From the NCBI GenBank assembly GCA_965644295.1, contig CBFFRP010000079.1, positions 124,001 through 188,000 on the forward strand: a DNA stretch of 64,000 nucleotides, read 5' to 3'. Under the pieces are notes generated by a model that saw nothing but the letters and a program-made list of their open reading frames with translations, was not told where the DNA came from and did not search any database. Positions 38,119 through 51,684 of this stretch are shown piece by piece (position 1 is the first letter of the stretch; the number at the start of each line of letters is the position of its first letter). Made by a program: the position numbers and the translations under genes. The stretch is from Paraphysomonas bandaiensis. Lineage: Eukaryota > Protista > Chrysophyceae.

Positions 38119-39602
38119 ATGCCAAAACGATCTCAATTACCTTCCTCTAACCCTCCAGATATCCCTGTAACGGTCTTATCAGGGTTCTTAGGCGCAGGTA
38201 TGATATATACACATATATATACACATATCACATATACTCTATAGGGAAAACTACAATACTAAATAATGTATTAAATAATATGGAAGGAAAACGTGTTGCT
38301 GTAATTGTTAATGATATGAGTGAGATTAATATTGATGCCATGCTAGTGACACGAACAACAGAGAAGATGATTGAGTTATCGAATGGTTGTATATGTTGTA
38401 CACTACGTGAAGATTTATTGAATCAATTAATGGATCTTGGTGAGAAAGCAACATGTGATTATATTATGATAGAGAGTACTGGTATTGCAGAACCATTACA
38501 TATTGCTGAAACATTTGCATATGCAGATGAAACTAAAAAGAGTTCAGCTGGTAGTAGAGTGGTTCGACTTGATACCATGGTAACTGTTGTAGACTTGCAA
38601 ACTTTTTTCCTTCACTTTAATGACACGGATAAAAACTACAATATGCCTGGTGCTGATGGTAGTGTTCCTTGTGATGTCCCCTCTGATGAAGACCGCACTC
38701 TCTCGCACCTCCTCATTGACCAAGTTCAGTTTGCTGACATCGTTATCCTTAACAAATGCGATCTAGTTAGTTCTCAGGAAGCAATGGATGTAGAGGGCGT
38801 TGTGAAGGACCTTAACCCTCATGCCCGCATTATTCGGTCATCGTATGGAAGCAATATACCCACATCTGACGTTGTGGCCACTGGGCTCTTCTCTTTTGAG
38901 AAGGCGGAACGTAATGCTCAGTGGCTACAGGAGGAATGGGGTTCGGGTGCAGTTGTACCAGAGACAGAGGAATATGGCATTTCTAGTCGTTCGTTTCAGT
39001 CGTACGACAGACCGTTTCACCCTGAGAGACTGTACAATTTTTATGCGTCTCGTGTACTGTCTCGATCCAAAGCGTCCACTCTCACCAAGTCTACCAAAGG
39101 TACTTCGAGTTGTCGTCTTCTCCGCTCTAAAGGTTTCCTTTGGTTGGCCACTAGTCATAATAGATTCTGCACCCTGCATCATACTGGCGGCTCATTTGCA
39201 CTGAAGCACGGTAACAAATGGTGGGCCGAAGTGGCCCCAAGCGAAAGGCCAAACAGCGAGGAGTTTGAAGCAGAGGTTGGCGTGCGAATCAAATCCTCAA
39301 AGTACGGCGACAGAGGTAGTACCGTGGTGCTTATTGGCCAGCACATGATGGAGGCGGACTGGAAGAAATGTTTAGCTGACTTGGATGCTTGCCTTCTGTC
39401 CGACAAAGAGATGGTTCTAGGGCCTTCTAAGTGGAAGTCCTTCACGGACCCGTTTGCAGCAAACAACGCTGGAGCTGAAGAACAACAGCAGAAAAAGAGT
39501 GGTAAGAAGAGAAAATCAGAAGCAGAGTTGCTCTGTGAGGACAGTCAAAGCATGGGGTTGACATCTGCCCATGGGAGAAAGTTACGAGCTCGTCAATCGT
39601 GA
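38119..39602 (+). CDS. COG0523/CobW-family (ZNG1/YciC-like) metallochaperone GTPase
   Basis: Exon 1 38119-38197 plus exon 2 from 38245 restores IPVTVLSGFLGAGKTT; motifs VIVND, GCICCT, IESTG, NKCD, and CobW_C RPFHPERL..RSKG..W..VLIG. Confidence 0.95.
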
Positions 39603-40016
39603 AGTTCCGTTAGGAAATGATGTTTATTTATAGCGTGCTTGTAGAAACTAGTAATTAAGATATTAACAGCAATATACGTTTAACGTGCGAAGTGAGCGAA
39701 GGTATTTTACCGAAAATCAGAAAGGTTGTATACATTTTAGTCTTAGTTCACAGGTTACACAGAAATGTGGTGCCACAGCATCTATGTGGAATTATATACC
39801 CCTCATACCAGCCCTCTCTAAGTGTTTGAGCGGCTGATTGATTGCTGTGCAAACTTTGGACTGATTCGTGGTAACTTTATCATTCATCACTATTTTTCCA
39901 TAAAATGTTGGTGTTATCCACCTTGGTAGTTGAGACTAAATTATTCATTATTCACGATGCACAATAAACACCTCGTCTACAAAAGTACAAACATTTAACA
40001 GTAGCCACACACGCAC

Positions 40017-43000
40017 TCAATCACCCAAAAGCATCAAATTTCTTCGACTAGATTTCTGTGTGACCATAGGAGCCGGTCGTGTGACGGGAGGAGGAGGGGA
40101 CACTGACTTTGCCTCACTGATGCCGTCTCCATCTTCTTCCTCCTCATAGTCTTCTTCCGCATCGCCATCTTGAGAGTTGTTCATCTCGTCTTCACGGCGG
40201 TTCCACTCTTCAATCGCTGTGTGGGTGTCACGAAGAAGTGGCATACGTGATATCAAAAGGCACATCCTAGCAAGATTCGTTGCAACTGAATCCTCTTCAT
40301 CTAGTGTATTCCCACCTTCTCCATCCACACCCGCAGCTTTCAGGAACTTCAAATAATTATCCGCAAATATCTGCGCAAGATTTCAATAAAATATGGGTAT
40401 AAAACAACAATCACGCAGCTTATTATACGTTGTGCTTCCTAGATAAACTACGATAAAAAAAATAAACTATTGAGCACTTGTGTGGTACAAATCACAAATG
40501 CTAATACTAGTACCTCTTTCATTTCTCGTCTCCACCCGCTCGACTTGCCCCCTCCATCTCCAACACCCAGTAAAGGGTCGTGGAAGTCGTTTCCACACTG
40601 ATCTAAGATAGTGATTACGTCCCCATCATCGCTCATGATACTTCCATCCGATGCAGACGTGAGTAATTTACGCTGAAGATAAATTGCAAACTCCATTGAG
40701 AGAGTCTGTCACAAAGAAAAATTATTTTTCAGGCAAAACTGTCAATCGTGCAACGAAAATGTATACAAGAACTCGCAAAGCAGTTGTAGAGCACGAATTG
40801 TGCCATAAAAGCATGAAGTATCCATATGGGAACATGCTACAGACAAAGACAATGTAGCATGCGTAATAAAAATACAAAGGCCAACCTGTGTATCTTCCAG
40901 CTCCGCCAGCGACCTCTTTATATAGCTGTAGGCGGCAGATGTTTCATCCACAGCTTGTGCACTTAGAGTTCTCGCTCGTTCTGCCACCGTCATCGCGGTC
41001 TGACGGCAAGCTTAGTGTACGAGGACATTTAACCACCACACACACAAGAGTACACACATCAAAATATATACACAACGGCACTACAATTGCATGTGACAAC
41101 TACATCGTAGCCATCATTCGGTTGCATGGGCAATAGCAAGATGATTTGCGGAAACACCGTCAACGCACCTTGAGCTTCGTGTGCACTAAGTATTCAGGCT
41201 TCCCAGCACTTAGTACCCCCCTCATCTTGGACACTGACTCCGACTTCCCCACTAACTTCTTCAGTTCGAGTGTGTTCTTTGCCGCTAACGTTTGTTCCTG
41301 GGCTGCCCCAGTTACATGTCCCGCCCCTTCCTCCACAATTACCCGGCATTCCGCAACCAGTTTTCTGATTGTTGTTACATCCTGCTTCAGTTCCGTAATC
41401 TTTGCTTTTGATGGAGATAAAGTAAAATCATCTTTCCATCTGGATGTCCCAAACCCCTTCGGAATCTTCGCCATTATTGTTTTCGCGTGCTTGCGATGTT
41501 TAACGCATTGTTCCTTCAGATCGAGAATACATTTACAGTGATGCTCTGCTCTCGCCTCTGCTTCCAGAGCCTTTACCACATGTTTAGCTCTTCTTTCCAG
41601 CTCTGCATTCAGCTCAAGTGATTCCCATAGTTCATAGTGATCACTTTCAACTACATCGTATAGGCGTGTCCCTAAGATGAATAGAGCATGTTGTTTCTCT
41701 TCCTCCTGATCTATGACATCCATAATGGATATCATTTGCTCTGTTGTTATGCGAATCTTTTGAAAACTAGCGTCTAGTTTCTGCATTCGTTCCATTCGCA
41801 CGACACGGTCAGACTTACGAGATAGCCTCGAACGAGCACGAACGGCCAGCCAACGGGCAAGGGCTGAAGCCGATAGTGCTTCATATCCCGCCAATTGGGA
41901 TGGAAAGGGTTTACTGAGCTCATCAGCGGTGCTGACGTACTCGCAGTGCTGTATCTTTGCTTCGTCAGACTGTGGGGCAGCGGAAGGTCTGTTGTTACCT
42001 TCTCTAGCATCCTGTTCGCGTTGTTTTTCTTCCATCCGACGTCGTTCCCATGCTTGAGACAGAGCATTGATCTTGTCATTAAGACCTAGTATGGCGTCAG
42101 AGCCAGTGTCATAAAAAGACGAGATACGAGATGAATTTGGTCTGCTCATAGAGCCCGACATAGACATCGAGTTTTCTAAGTTGCTGGCTGAATTATCAGC
42201 TGAGCCTTTCCGTATGGCAGCCACAAGTGAAGCAAGAGAAAACTGAGCAAAAGCATTCAGACCAGTACGTGCCTCCCTTTTATCTTTGAGTATGTCAGAT
42301 ATAGATGATAGTGCGTCCTTAATCCTCGTCATTGATGCATCAATAGAGGCACGTACAGAATCTCCAGGATCGCCTTCCTTTTCACTTGACGATTTGGGGG
42401 AATTGGTCGCTAAATTCCAATGCAATCGCTTTCGAGGTTTTTCTGCTATCTGACTGAGCCTGGCGTGTATGGAGCCATCTAGAACAAAAGTACACGAGTC
42501 ATTAAACCTTTTGATCATGCTTGCCATACAAAAAATTCACCGCACTCACTCATCTACGCAGTTCAAAATATGACCCCACAATGTAACAGGAATAGTATAT
42601 CGCGTGGAACACATCAACTTCTACATGCATGACGTGAAAGTACCTGATCCCAGTGCTGTGACTGAGGCTCTTGCTGCTCTGACAGGATACATAGAACACC
42701 TCTGTCGCTGCTCGAAAAATCCATATGCACTATCATCTTCCCTGTCCTCATCACTATCTGTCTCCTCATCTAACGTCTCTTGGGAAGCGGCCTCAGTGTC
42801 GAAGCCACTGTAGGCACTTTGAACTTCACCCTACGTATATAATCAGCAGGCATGAATTATAGTGTAGAAGTATACCGGATGATGGTCTTCAGTGTTATCT
42901 GCGCTGGTTACTGACCAAATCCGAAGAAGGGATCCAATGGGAGTAAACGGCGACACTGAGAACTCTCCGCGCTTGACTGACAAAAGAAAACAATTAATTC

Positions 43001-44818
43001 CATCAGATGTTCTTTTTCGTTCACGACATACCGGCATCAGCAATTTCATCGTCGGAGGGCTCTTTGTCTTCCTCCACCTGAATATCGGGGAACACAGGGC
43101 ATACGCGGGGTTCTGTAGTCTCGCCACGCCTATACAGATAGTCCGCCTCCAACAATGGAGTGGGTGGGAATGGTTCCACCACAGACCCATTCACCACCAC
43201 GCTCCACGCAGGCTTTGCTGAAGTAGATTCCTCGCAAGAGTCACTCGGCCCTAAATTTTCATTGACATTTTCAGAATTTGTATCTGGGTCCGTTGCGTTG
43301 CACAGGATAGGGGTTGAGACATTGTGTTGACTGGTGGTTGGTGACACATCTATTTTCACTTTATCAGTCCGGAGGAAAAAAATTAAAGGTGCCAAGGCAT
43401 CCAAAAGAGTAGTTGTTTGTGTATTACCGCCACTGAAGCCCTTATCGCCAACATCAATGCCCATCCCACCCCCTACGAAGTCACCCATATCACTACCACC
43501 GAACATTCCTTCAAAAGAAAACTCCATATTATCCGCACTTGAGCTACGCGCAGAATGGGTAGGATACGATACGTCCCCAGCCAAATTCACACCAGCAGAA
43601 TGTGCTCCGTGCATGTACATGTCATCCCGAGAGAAACCGGTTGTAGGAGCGTTCGATATGGGAAGGCAAAGGCCCCGACGAGGATCACGTAAGCCCGACA
43701 TGAAATCCTTTAGAGCATTAAAGCGGTATTCTAACCACCTGAGAGGAATATTAAATAGTAGTATTTGTGAGCAATATTCTGTCGATAGAGTATAACAATA
43801 ACGGGACGCGGTAATATTTCAAAACAGCAGGGATCTGCATATGATTTATCAAAAATTGATCACCTTTCTATGGTCCATCCCGGTGGCCGACTATTGGAAA
43901 TATCCGGTACTGCAGGGACACCACCAACCCCGACATACCGTTCAAGCGACTGTTGGAGTTTCATAAAGCATTTCTACGTACAGTCACAGATATTAGACAT
44001 ACGGCTATGACAGTGTACTGAATATAGTCTGTGAATAATGGCAGCAGTGCATACACAAAAAGAATACCTGTGTCTTGGCCACTATCCAGCACTCATCAGA
44101 CTCACTAGTTACAAGTGGATTAACATGAGGTGATGTCGCCTTCACCTAACATAGTATACAAGTGCCATTACATCACAACAAGTCCCAATACCAAAAATAA
44201 CAGCCACCACAAAATGATGAAAACAGTTTAGTTTTAACTGATAAAATTTAAGACAGTTATCACTTTGATTTCAGTCAAAAACTCAGAACACTCAAGGGTA
44301 TCATTGATAGCAAATCACAAAAACTACCTGTATGAAATATACAGTCACCATTTTATTCGCATGTTCAAAGGCTTTAAACCCAATAATATCAAAGGTGTGA
44401 GGCATGGGGCCAAGTTTCTGTGCATTGCGATCATAAATTTTCAAGTTCACTGAGATTCAACTTACTGATTCAATATGATGTTGAGCCGAATAATTTCTTT
44501 CTTGACGCTTTGAGTTTATATAATTAGCTGTAAGTCCACCTTTGTCTATAGGTCGTAGAATGATACTATTGACCTTTCCTATGCATCCATCTTTCCGCAC
44601 CACCCAAAAGATGTGATGTGAATTGTCCAATACAGTTACAACATCTGTGTGGTATGTGAGTGTAAATGTTAACTTGAGATTATCATCTCCATACCTCCAG
44701 AGTGCAATTTCAAATACTTGTCACAGAAGTTATCTGTGACAACATAGAGATGTTGTATGGGGTAGTGTATAGCCTTCCTCCTTGATTTCATGTACTTTGG
44801 ATCCATTAATGCACTCAT
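40017..44818 (-). CDS. Multi-exon SH3-PX-coiled-coil (BAR-like) sorting-nexin-like protein
   Basis: Manual exon reading: SH3-like LKLHSGDVVTVLDNSHHIFWVVRKDGCIGK..NYI; PX-like VYFIQVKA..WIVAKTQKCFMKLQQSL..PAVP..LEYRFNALKDFM; helical C-terminal exons (41160-42527, 40868-41000, 40448-40710, 40017-40370). Several splice sites are approximate. Confidence 0.68.
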
Positions 44819-46724
44819 CCTACGGATACTTATACTATACGGGTGTTAATACACAGGGGGGTATATAGGGAGGTGTATAGGGGGGCGTACAGTGTATATA
44901 TAGGGGTAACTGACCTCTGGTGGAAACTATATAATAACTAGCCCACTGATAGGAGATGAAGACAGTGGACAGGTTACTTCCTACTGTGAAGTGACCAGAG
45001 ATATGAATGCAAATACACAGAGTGAACAGATCCCCACAAAGCTAGTAGTTATGATGTTAAGATGATATGATGTGAGTGTATAGACATATACATACATACA
45101 TGTATATGTATACAGTATGTATATGTATAGTAAACAACCTAAACTCATCCCATTTTACAGTATATTTCTAAAATACCTTAATTTATATACTTCGAATGAG
45201 CAGAATTTTATGAAATTGGGTATTTATAAGAAAAACCTTTCATCAAACTGAATAAAATATGGGTTTTAAGACCACTCTATATATAAATCCTATCCACAGT
45301 ATATGCGAGTATCTAGATATGGGAATGCATACTGCTGTGTACCTGCACTGCAAGTCAGTTGTATGCTACATGCATACATACATCATACATACACATACAT
45401 ACATATCTAGCCGGCGTCAAAAGTCCGAACAATTCAAAAGTCCGAACAACCGTTTTTTGATGAAAAGTCCAAAAATGTCGTTCTAAACTCTCATTTTTAT
45501 CTCGCTTCAGTGACATTGAAATACTATTAACACAACACTTGAACTGACCCGACACTAGAGACTTATCATTCTATGGCAATCATGGACCACTGGACACGAA
45601 TATGCAATCAGATTTTCATTTCATTCACTGCTTCTTTCAATATCGCAAGGTTTCCTATATCGTTCCAATTCATCGAGTACCCCTCACATCCGGCACCATT
45701 GCTCGAAATCCCTACATTGAATTTTCATCATGAAGATCTTAAAAGGTTTGTATACAGATGGACTCTCACATATATGAGTGCTGTGCAATTCCTACGACTT
45801 GTTTTTGAATAATGTCTGATTTGTGTTCTTTCAGTGACTTCTTTGCATGACTTCAAAAGCATACGAGAAGAGAACCGACGAGACGCCATAGACAAGCTCC
45901 AGGCAGCTAAATTTGCAAAAGCACAGTCGAAAGACAGTTATGGATCTGATGTTGACCTCAATAATGGTTTTAATTGGTGCAAGGTTGCGCAGTTATGCAG
46001 TGTGAACCTGCACTGCTGAGAGCAAAATATATCTCGAAGAATGCTCCTCAGGAAGCTACTTTTGTATATCTATGCGTTTATACAGATTTATGAGGAACAA
46101 TCTATTTTATAAGAATTAGACGAATGGTAATTTTAGCAATTCGGGTCACAAGAATTGGAAGAACGGAGCGGGTGTGTTCATTCTTGCTGGTTAGGCGAAT
46201 GAGGAATCTGTTTCTGTTTTGTTGTCTACTTCTGTGCCTGACGGAGATTGCATAGAGACACCAATGAGTGTAAGTAGTGTCAACATTCAAGTGTGCAATT
46301 TTTTAAGCACATGGGCCCTCTCGCTGATGGTAACCCTAAGAATATACTTGTTTGTGGTGTGATTCTCTGTAGACCGCAGTATTGATACTAAATTATAATT
46401 GTAAATAACTATGCAATTCTAGATTATAGGCATCATGAAGTAGTATAATGTGTTCTTGCTGTCCATACAGTGGCTACTACCTGCTAGCAGAGCAGTGCCT
46501 CATGGAGCACGAAGGCAATATGCAAGTAATACACTTACTAATAGAAGCTACGGTACAATACTAATATTATGCTCGCATGTATTTCAGTTGTGCATACTAG
46601 AAATTAATAAAGTAACGATACTAATTTGAAATTATTACTATGGATTGTGGGATTGTTTTTGATCGTATAATGTCACTGTACACTGTACCTCTGAACCTTT
46701 GCCATGGCATCATTCTGCATTCAG

Positions 46725-46810
46725 CACACAAGCATCAGTAGTGAATGTCTTACTATTAGCAATAATAGCGGAAGAGTCAGAGCAACATTAGTTCTGACTC
46801 TTAACCCCAC
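46725..46810. repeat. Head-to-head fragments of the ~220-bp dispersed repeat forming a hairpin
   Basis: CACAAGCATCAGTAGTGAATGTCTTACTATTAGCAA..AAGAGTCAGA-GCAACATTAGT-TCTGACTCTT-AACCCC. Confidence 0.65.
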
Positions 46811-47170
46811 ACACACAATCACTAGCTAGTACTACCTACATAATTGTAGTTGACTTCTGAATGCATGCATTCTCATTACTTCTGGAAGGAAACCTAATAA
46901 TTGAGCTGCTTTATTCCTCAACTTTTGTTTCTGTAAGCTCCACTCTCTTGAGTTTGTAGCTGTAGCTAGCCAGGCTGTAGGCTGTTGTATCATGATAGCA
47001 AACGGTGGTTAGATAAAATTGTTTGATAGTAGTACCAGCTTTGCGATTTGTATTATACATCGCAAAATAATTAGTTAGTGGCGTATAGTTATTAGTGTTT
47101 ATACGTTTATACTACCAAAAGAAAAACAATCATAAATTAGCGGTAATAAAACAACATAATCCCGCTACCT

Positions 47171-48730
47171 ATGATTTTTATCTGCGGTACTCTTCACGGT
47201 ATCGGCGCATTATCTCTGAGCATTCTGATGACGTATAACAGCACCAAGATTCACAACGCACACACACGCTACCGTCGTCAGGGTCATCCGCTTGGGTTTG
47301 ATTTTTCCCCATCGCCACTTTTATATTCCTTTAAAATCTTGAACCATTTCTTACTCCTCATCACTACCTACGACTTCCTTCAAACCCTGCATAGCTCTTC
47401 ATCACTCTCCTCCATATGCATGTCCTCCCAGATTGTATCGTCATCTGTAGTTTTGCTCTCAGTATGCTGTTTCTTCCTGTGTGCAGGACGGAAAATAATA
47501 CTCTGCACCCATCCATTCATGTCAAAGTTGAAGCACTTCAAATCCTTGTATTAGCGTCCCTGGATTACTACAATATGACTAAGTAGGGCAGACTCTGCAC
47601 TCATGGTGGCTGTATACCTTACGGAACGTGTCTTCTCCTTGACAATCGCGACAGAGAGGACGCTTCTTTTCATTAATTTCTTCATATTCTGTGATAAAAT
47701 TCTGTAAATAAAGTAACCACAAATCGCTCCTGAAACCCTAGCATAATGTTGTGAGTGTCCGAATTGGACTTGTTCCAGGGCAAAAATCGGTTGTCTTGAG
47801 GATTTTCGGATGATACCCCTAAGACGGCGCCTACTACGGCTACGCTGGATACGAAATTGAAGGCCTCACGGATGCCCTCCTGCCTTCGCGCATTGATTGT
47901 GGAAGGCTTTGGCTCGATACGATGGGACACCATATTCAAATACTTGTATAGGGCTCCTTGGGATCCTTAAGGAAGTTGCCCTCTCCTGATTGTTGACAGC
48001 CCCTACACTGGTCAGTGTCTTAACAAAATCCCGCCGGACGCAGAAGTGAACGAGTTCCCAGTTGCAGTGGCATCATAGCTCACGTCAGACATGATGGCCG
48101 CACCGCTTTCGTCCGTCCACGAGGTATGGCCAGTATAGCTACGACTGGGGTCTAACCCTCTTTCTCACTTGTCCTTGGCTCTAAAAGACAGACATTTCAT
48201 CATAAATACATATGCTCTGACAGAAAAGAGTTACCTGAAGAACACTCCTCGACAGAAATCTGTATAAACGCATAGATATACAAAAGTAGCTTCCTGAGGA
48301 GCATTCTTCGAGATATATTTTGCTCTCAGCAGTGCAGGTTCACACTGCATAACTGCGCAACCTTGCACCAATTAAAACCATTATTGAGGTCAACATCAGA
48401 TCCATAACTGTCTTTCGACTGTGCTTTTGCAAATTTAGCTGCCTGGAGCTTGTCTATGGCGTCTCGTCGGTTCTCTTCTCGTATGCTTTTGAAGTCATGC
48501 AAAGAAGTCACTGAAAGAACACAAATCAGACATTATTCAAAAACAAGTCGTAGGAATTGCACAGCACTCATATATGTGAGAGTCCATCTGTATACAAACC
48601 TTTTAAGATCTTCATGATGAAAATTCAATGTAGGGATTTCGAGCAATGGTGCCGGATGTGAGGGGTACTCGATGAATTGGAACGATATAGGAAACCTTGC
48701 GATATTGAAAGAAGCAGTGAATGAAATGAA
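47171..48730 (-). pseudogene. Degenerate intron-containing gene in the foldback element, possibly a pogo/DDE_1-like transposase
   Basis: GT-AG-bounded exon-like blocks run from the right arm inward. Fragments PWNKSNSDTHNIML and RSVRYTATMSAESALLSHIVVIQG loosely recall the DDE_1 N-x-D and T...SA.G..L...I..G motifs; many stops. Confidence 0.4.
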
Positions 48731-49038
48731 AATCTGATTGCATATTCGTGTCCAGTGGTCCATGATTGCCATAGAATGATAAGTCTCTAGTGTCGGGTCA
48801 GTTCAAGTGTTGTGTTAATAGTATTTCAATGTCACTGAAGCGAGATAAAAATGAGAGTTTAGAACGACATTTTTGGACTTTTCATCAAAAAACGGTTGTT
48901 CGGACTTTTGAATTGTTCGGACTTTTGACGCCGGCTGGATATATACACTGTACGTATATGCATATATATAATCCATTGAGTTTCATATGAATACTATCAC
49001 AACTCTTCATATCATTCTCAATATAACAAATTACAGTA

Positions 49039-49623
49039 ATGACATCATATCTTAACGAACCAGATACAGATAGTGATCATGAAGTGGAATGTTCATTAAG
49101 TGAAGAAGAAATTAATGAATTAAAGATACGTTTTGAAACATTAAAAGCAGAAGGAAATGCATTATTTTCCAGTCAAGATTTAGAAGGGGCTCTTGAGAAG
49201 TATACTGAAATAATCAGACTTAGAAAGAGCTCTAATTTGCCCCCGGATGATGTTATATTAGCCAATAGAAGCGCCACGTATATGGGTCTTAAGCGATATG
49301 TACCAGCAAGCCACGATGCGCTTCAAGCGGCTAAAGCCAACCCCAACAACTGGAAAGCCCACTGGAGACACGCTCTTTCTTTAATGGAAATGGCCCCTAA
49401 GCGTTTCCGAACCAACCAGGCCATCGCTTCATTGGAAACGTGTAAAACCTGTGCTACTCTCCCCGACTCGAAGCGGAGTGATGTGGAGGCACAGCTGCAG
49501 AAGGCACGGGCTAGATTAGCCAAACAAGATGCTGAGGTAAAATTTCTCTATGATATTAACCCTGTAGCTGATATGCTATTGTAGACCCCAATGCCGGATA
49601 TGAGTAATTGCGCACCCAGCTAA
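49039..49623 (+). CDS. Small TPR-clamp protein ending in a CaaX-like motif (CAPS)
   Basis: LKAEGNALF..YTEII..ANRSATY..NWKAHWR; intron 49537-49584; last exon TPMPDMSNCAPS*. Confidence 0.88.
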
Positions 49624-50289
49624 ACGTCTGCGAGGAAAAGTTTACGGCAGTAGACCCTTCAGAATCATTAGTAACTGCGTTCGTTCTTAGTGCACCTGCG
49701 CTGATTATGGAGTTGTGTAATTGATTATAAAAATAGTTTAATCAAACTACTCTACCAATTAAATGCTATCTTCTGTATAGAAATCTACGTACAAGTACAA
49801 AGAGTACTCAAAGCAGTCGTCGATTTATTTTAGTGCATTGTGTAGCTATGTCCACAATAAAAAATATATTGAATATTGCATTGACTGGTCTAACTAGTTG
49901 ATATTATATAGACATATGATGTATGAAGATAGCATATACTATACATGAGTAGTGTCGAAACATATATGCAAGGACAAGTACTAATTCTGATGATTTGATT
50001 TTCTATGGCCACTATCTAGGTTCAATATTCAATAGTTAGATCAAATAAAATCATTTTAATAATAAAATTATGCTAAAGTAGTTGAACCAGTCAACGAATA
50101 TAACTTCAATGGCTACTAATAACGGTCATGATAATATAATCACACTGAAGACTATTCATGTTTGTCCAATTGGTCTACAAAACTATTACAAACAGAAATA
50201 GTGGTGGTATACCCCTAAAGGGTATATTGCCCCAACACGTACCCTTCAACAATTCAAATGGGGAAAGGCGAAGTGATGAGTGAACGAAG

Positions 50290-51500
50290 AGATATAATTC
50301 TCTCTCTCATGTATTATTCCTTTCCCTTTTTATCTCCTGTCTCTGAGAACGAACTACCGCAAGCATAAACAAAGCAAATTGTAGTATCTGTTGAATATCG
50401 TTGCAATATATCAATCACACTCGACACAGATGTTGCATTGCAAGTAGGTTGTGATGATACCCAGTTCATAGAGTCAAACGTTGTGGTTATTATGTCTTTG
50501 AAATCGAGTTTCCTCTTTTCATATTTTGTTTCATCAAATATGATATTTTGGCAATTTCCAATGCTTCTAGTTTCTACAAAAAAGAAATGACGTACACCTG
50601 TACTTGCATAAATTACCCTGATGATAGAATCCCATTGTACTTCACTCGCCCCTTTTCAACATTCAAAAGAGCAACTTTGTCATATCCTCATTCCGTTTAA
50701 AGTTATTCTCTGAATTTCAACCCACCGAATACTCCATTTCTCTGGTGGTACTTTCTGCATTGGAAACGAGTCGTGTGGAAGCTTCAGTTAATTTTCTAAT
50801 ATCTTCATTTAATTTGTCAACACCTGCACTAAGAAAGGAAATTGCTCTTCCAAAGGACAACTTCGTTCTAATAATTCTACTCCGACGTGAAGATTCATAT
50901 ATTTTAGCAATTTGGGCTCCCCTTTAATACTGATTTCTCTTTTTCAATAACTAACGAATTTCTTCAATTGTGAGGTGCGGGATAATGTTATTTTTGGCAG
51001 ATGACATTATGTCATCATTCACAGTCAGTTGTATTAGTGTTGTTAATTTATATTCGATAATATTCAGTACTTATTGAGAATAGATAATGGTCGTTGGTAA
51101 AACTCCCCAATTCTGATGAATTTATCATTTCACAAGTCATTTCTTGAAAGTATGGGAAAATATTCTCATCCGGTCTGTCTGCATCTCCTACTAAAGATCA
51201 CTGGCGTTGCGTTCTTGCATAAAGAACTGTTTTCCCTTGGTAAGTTATATCATACGCATCAGACCAATACAACACAAAGAACTGTAATCCAAGATGTGGA
51301 TTAACCACAACATGATTTGAGATATCATTTATAACAAACCCAATAGGAATTGATATTTCAGCACTGGCATCATCAATAAAATACACCTTTACAATTTCTG
51401 GTCCAATAGCTTCTATACTAAAGAATGCTCCATTATCGATACGTGCTTGTTGAATGCTGTTGTTTCGAAAAGAGAATGACCCCTTTTAAAGCTCATCATA
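50290..51500 (-). pseudogene. Decayed, apparently intronless gene: coiled coil plus possible restriction-endonuclease-like fold
   Basis: Long coding-like stretches broken by stops: VDKLNEDIRKLTEASTRL..EME, then EVQWDSIIRV..HFF(F)VETR (D..ExK-like) and TICFVYACGSSFS. Confidence 0.45.
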
Positions 51501-51574
51501 TTGTTCTATTCAATTATCTGATCACCCAAAAGTGTGTTCAATATTATCCAGTTGTGTTGTGGAATGTGGAATGC

Positions 51575-51684
<110 letters not shown>

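Larger units (their letters stand above)
45407..48938. mobile_element. Foldback-type DNA element with 683-bp inverted arms
   Basis: Arms 45407-46089 and 48256-48938 are reverse complements (the ORF track gives identical mirror translations; one mismatch seen near the terminus, CTAG/CCAG). Flanked by ATAT (or TA); subterminal CAAAAGTCCGAACAA x2. Confidence 0.92.

Noticed and set aside
45355-46019. Duplicate small ORFs mirrored at 48326-48990 as a pair of real genes
   Set aside because: They merely reflect the inverted arms and are fragments of a decayed spliced gene.
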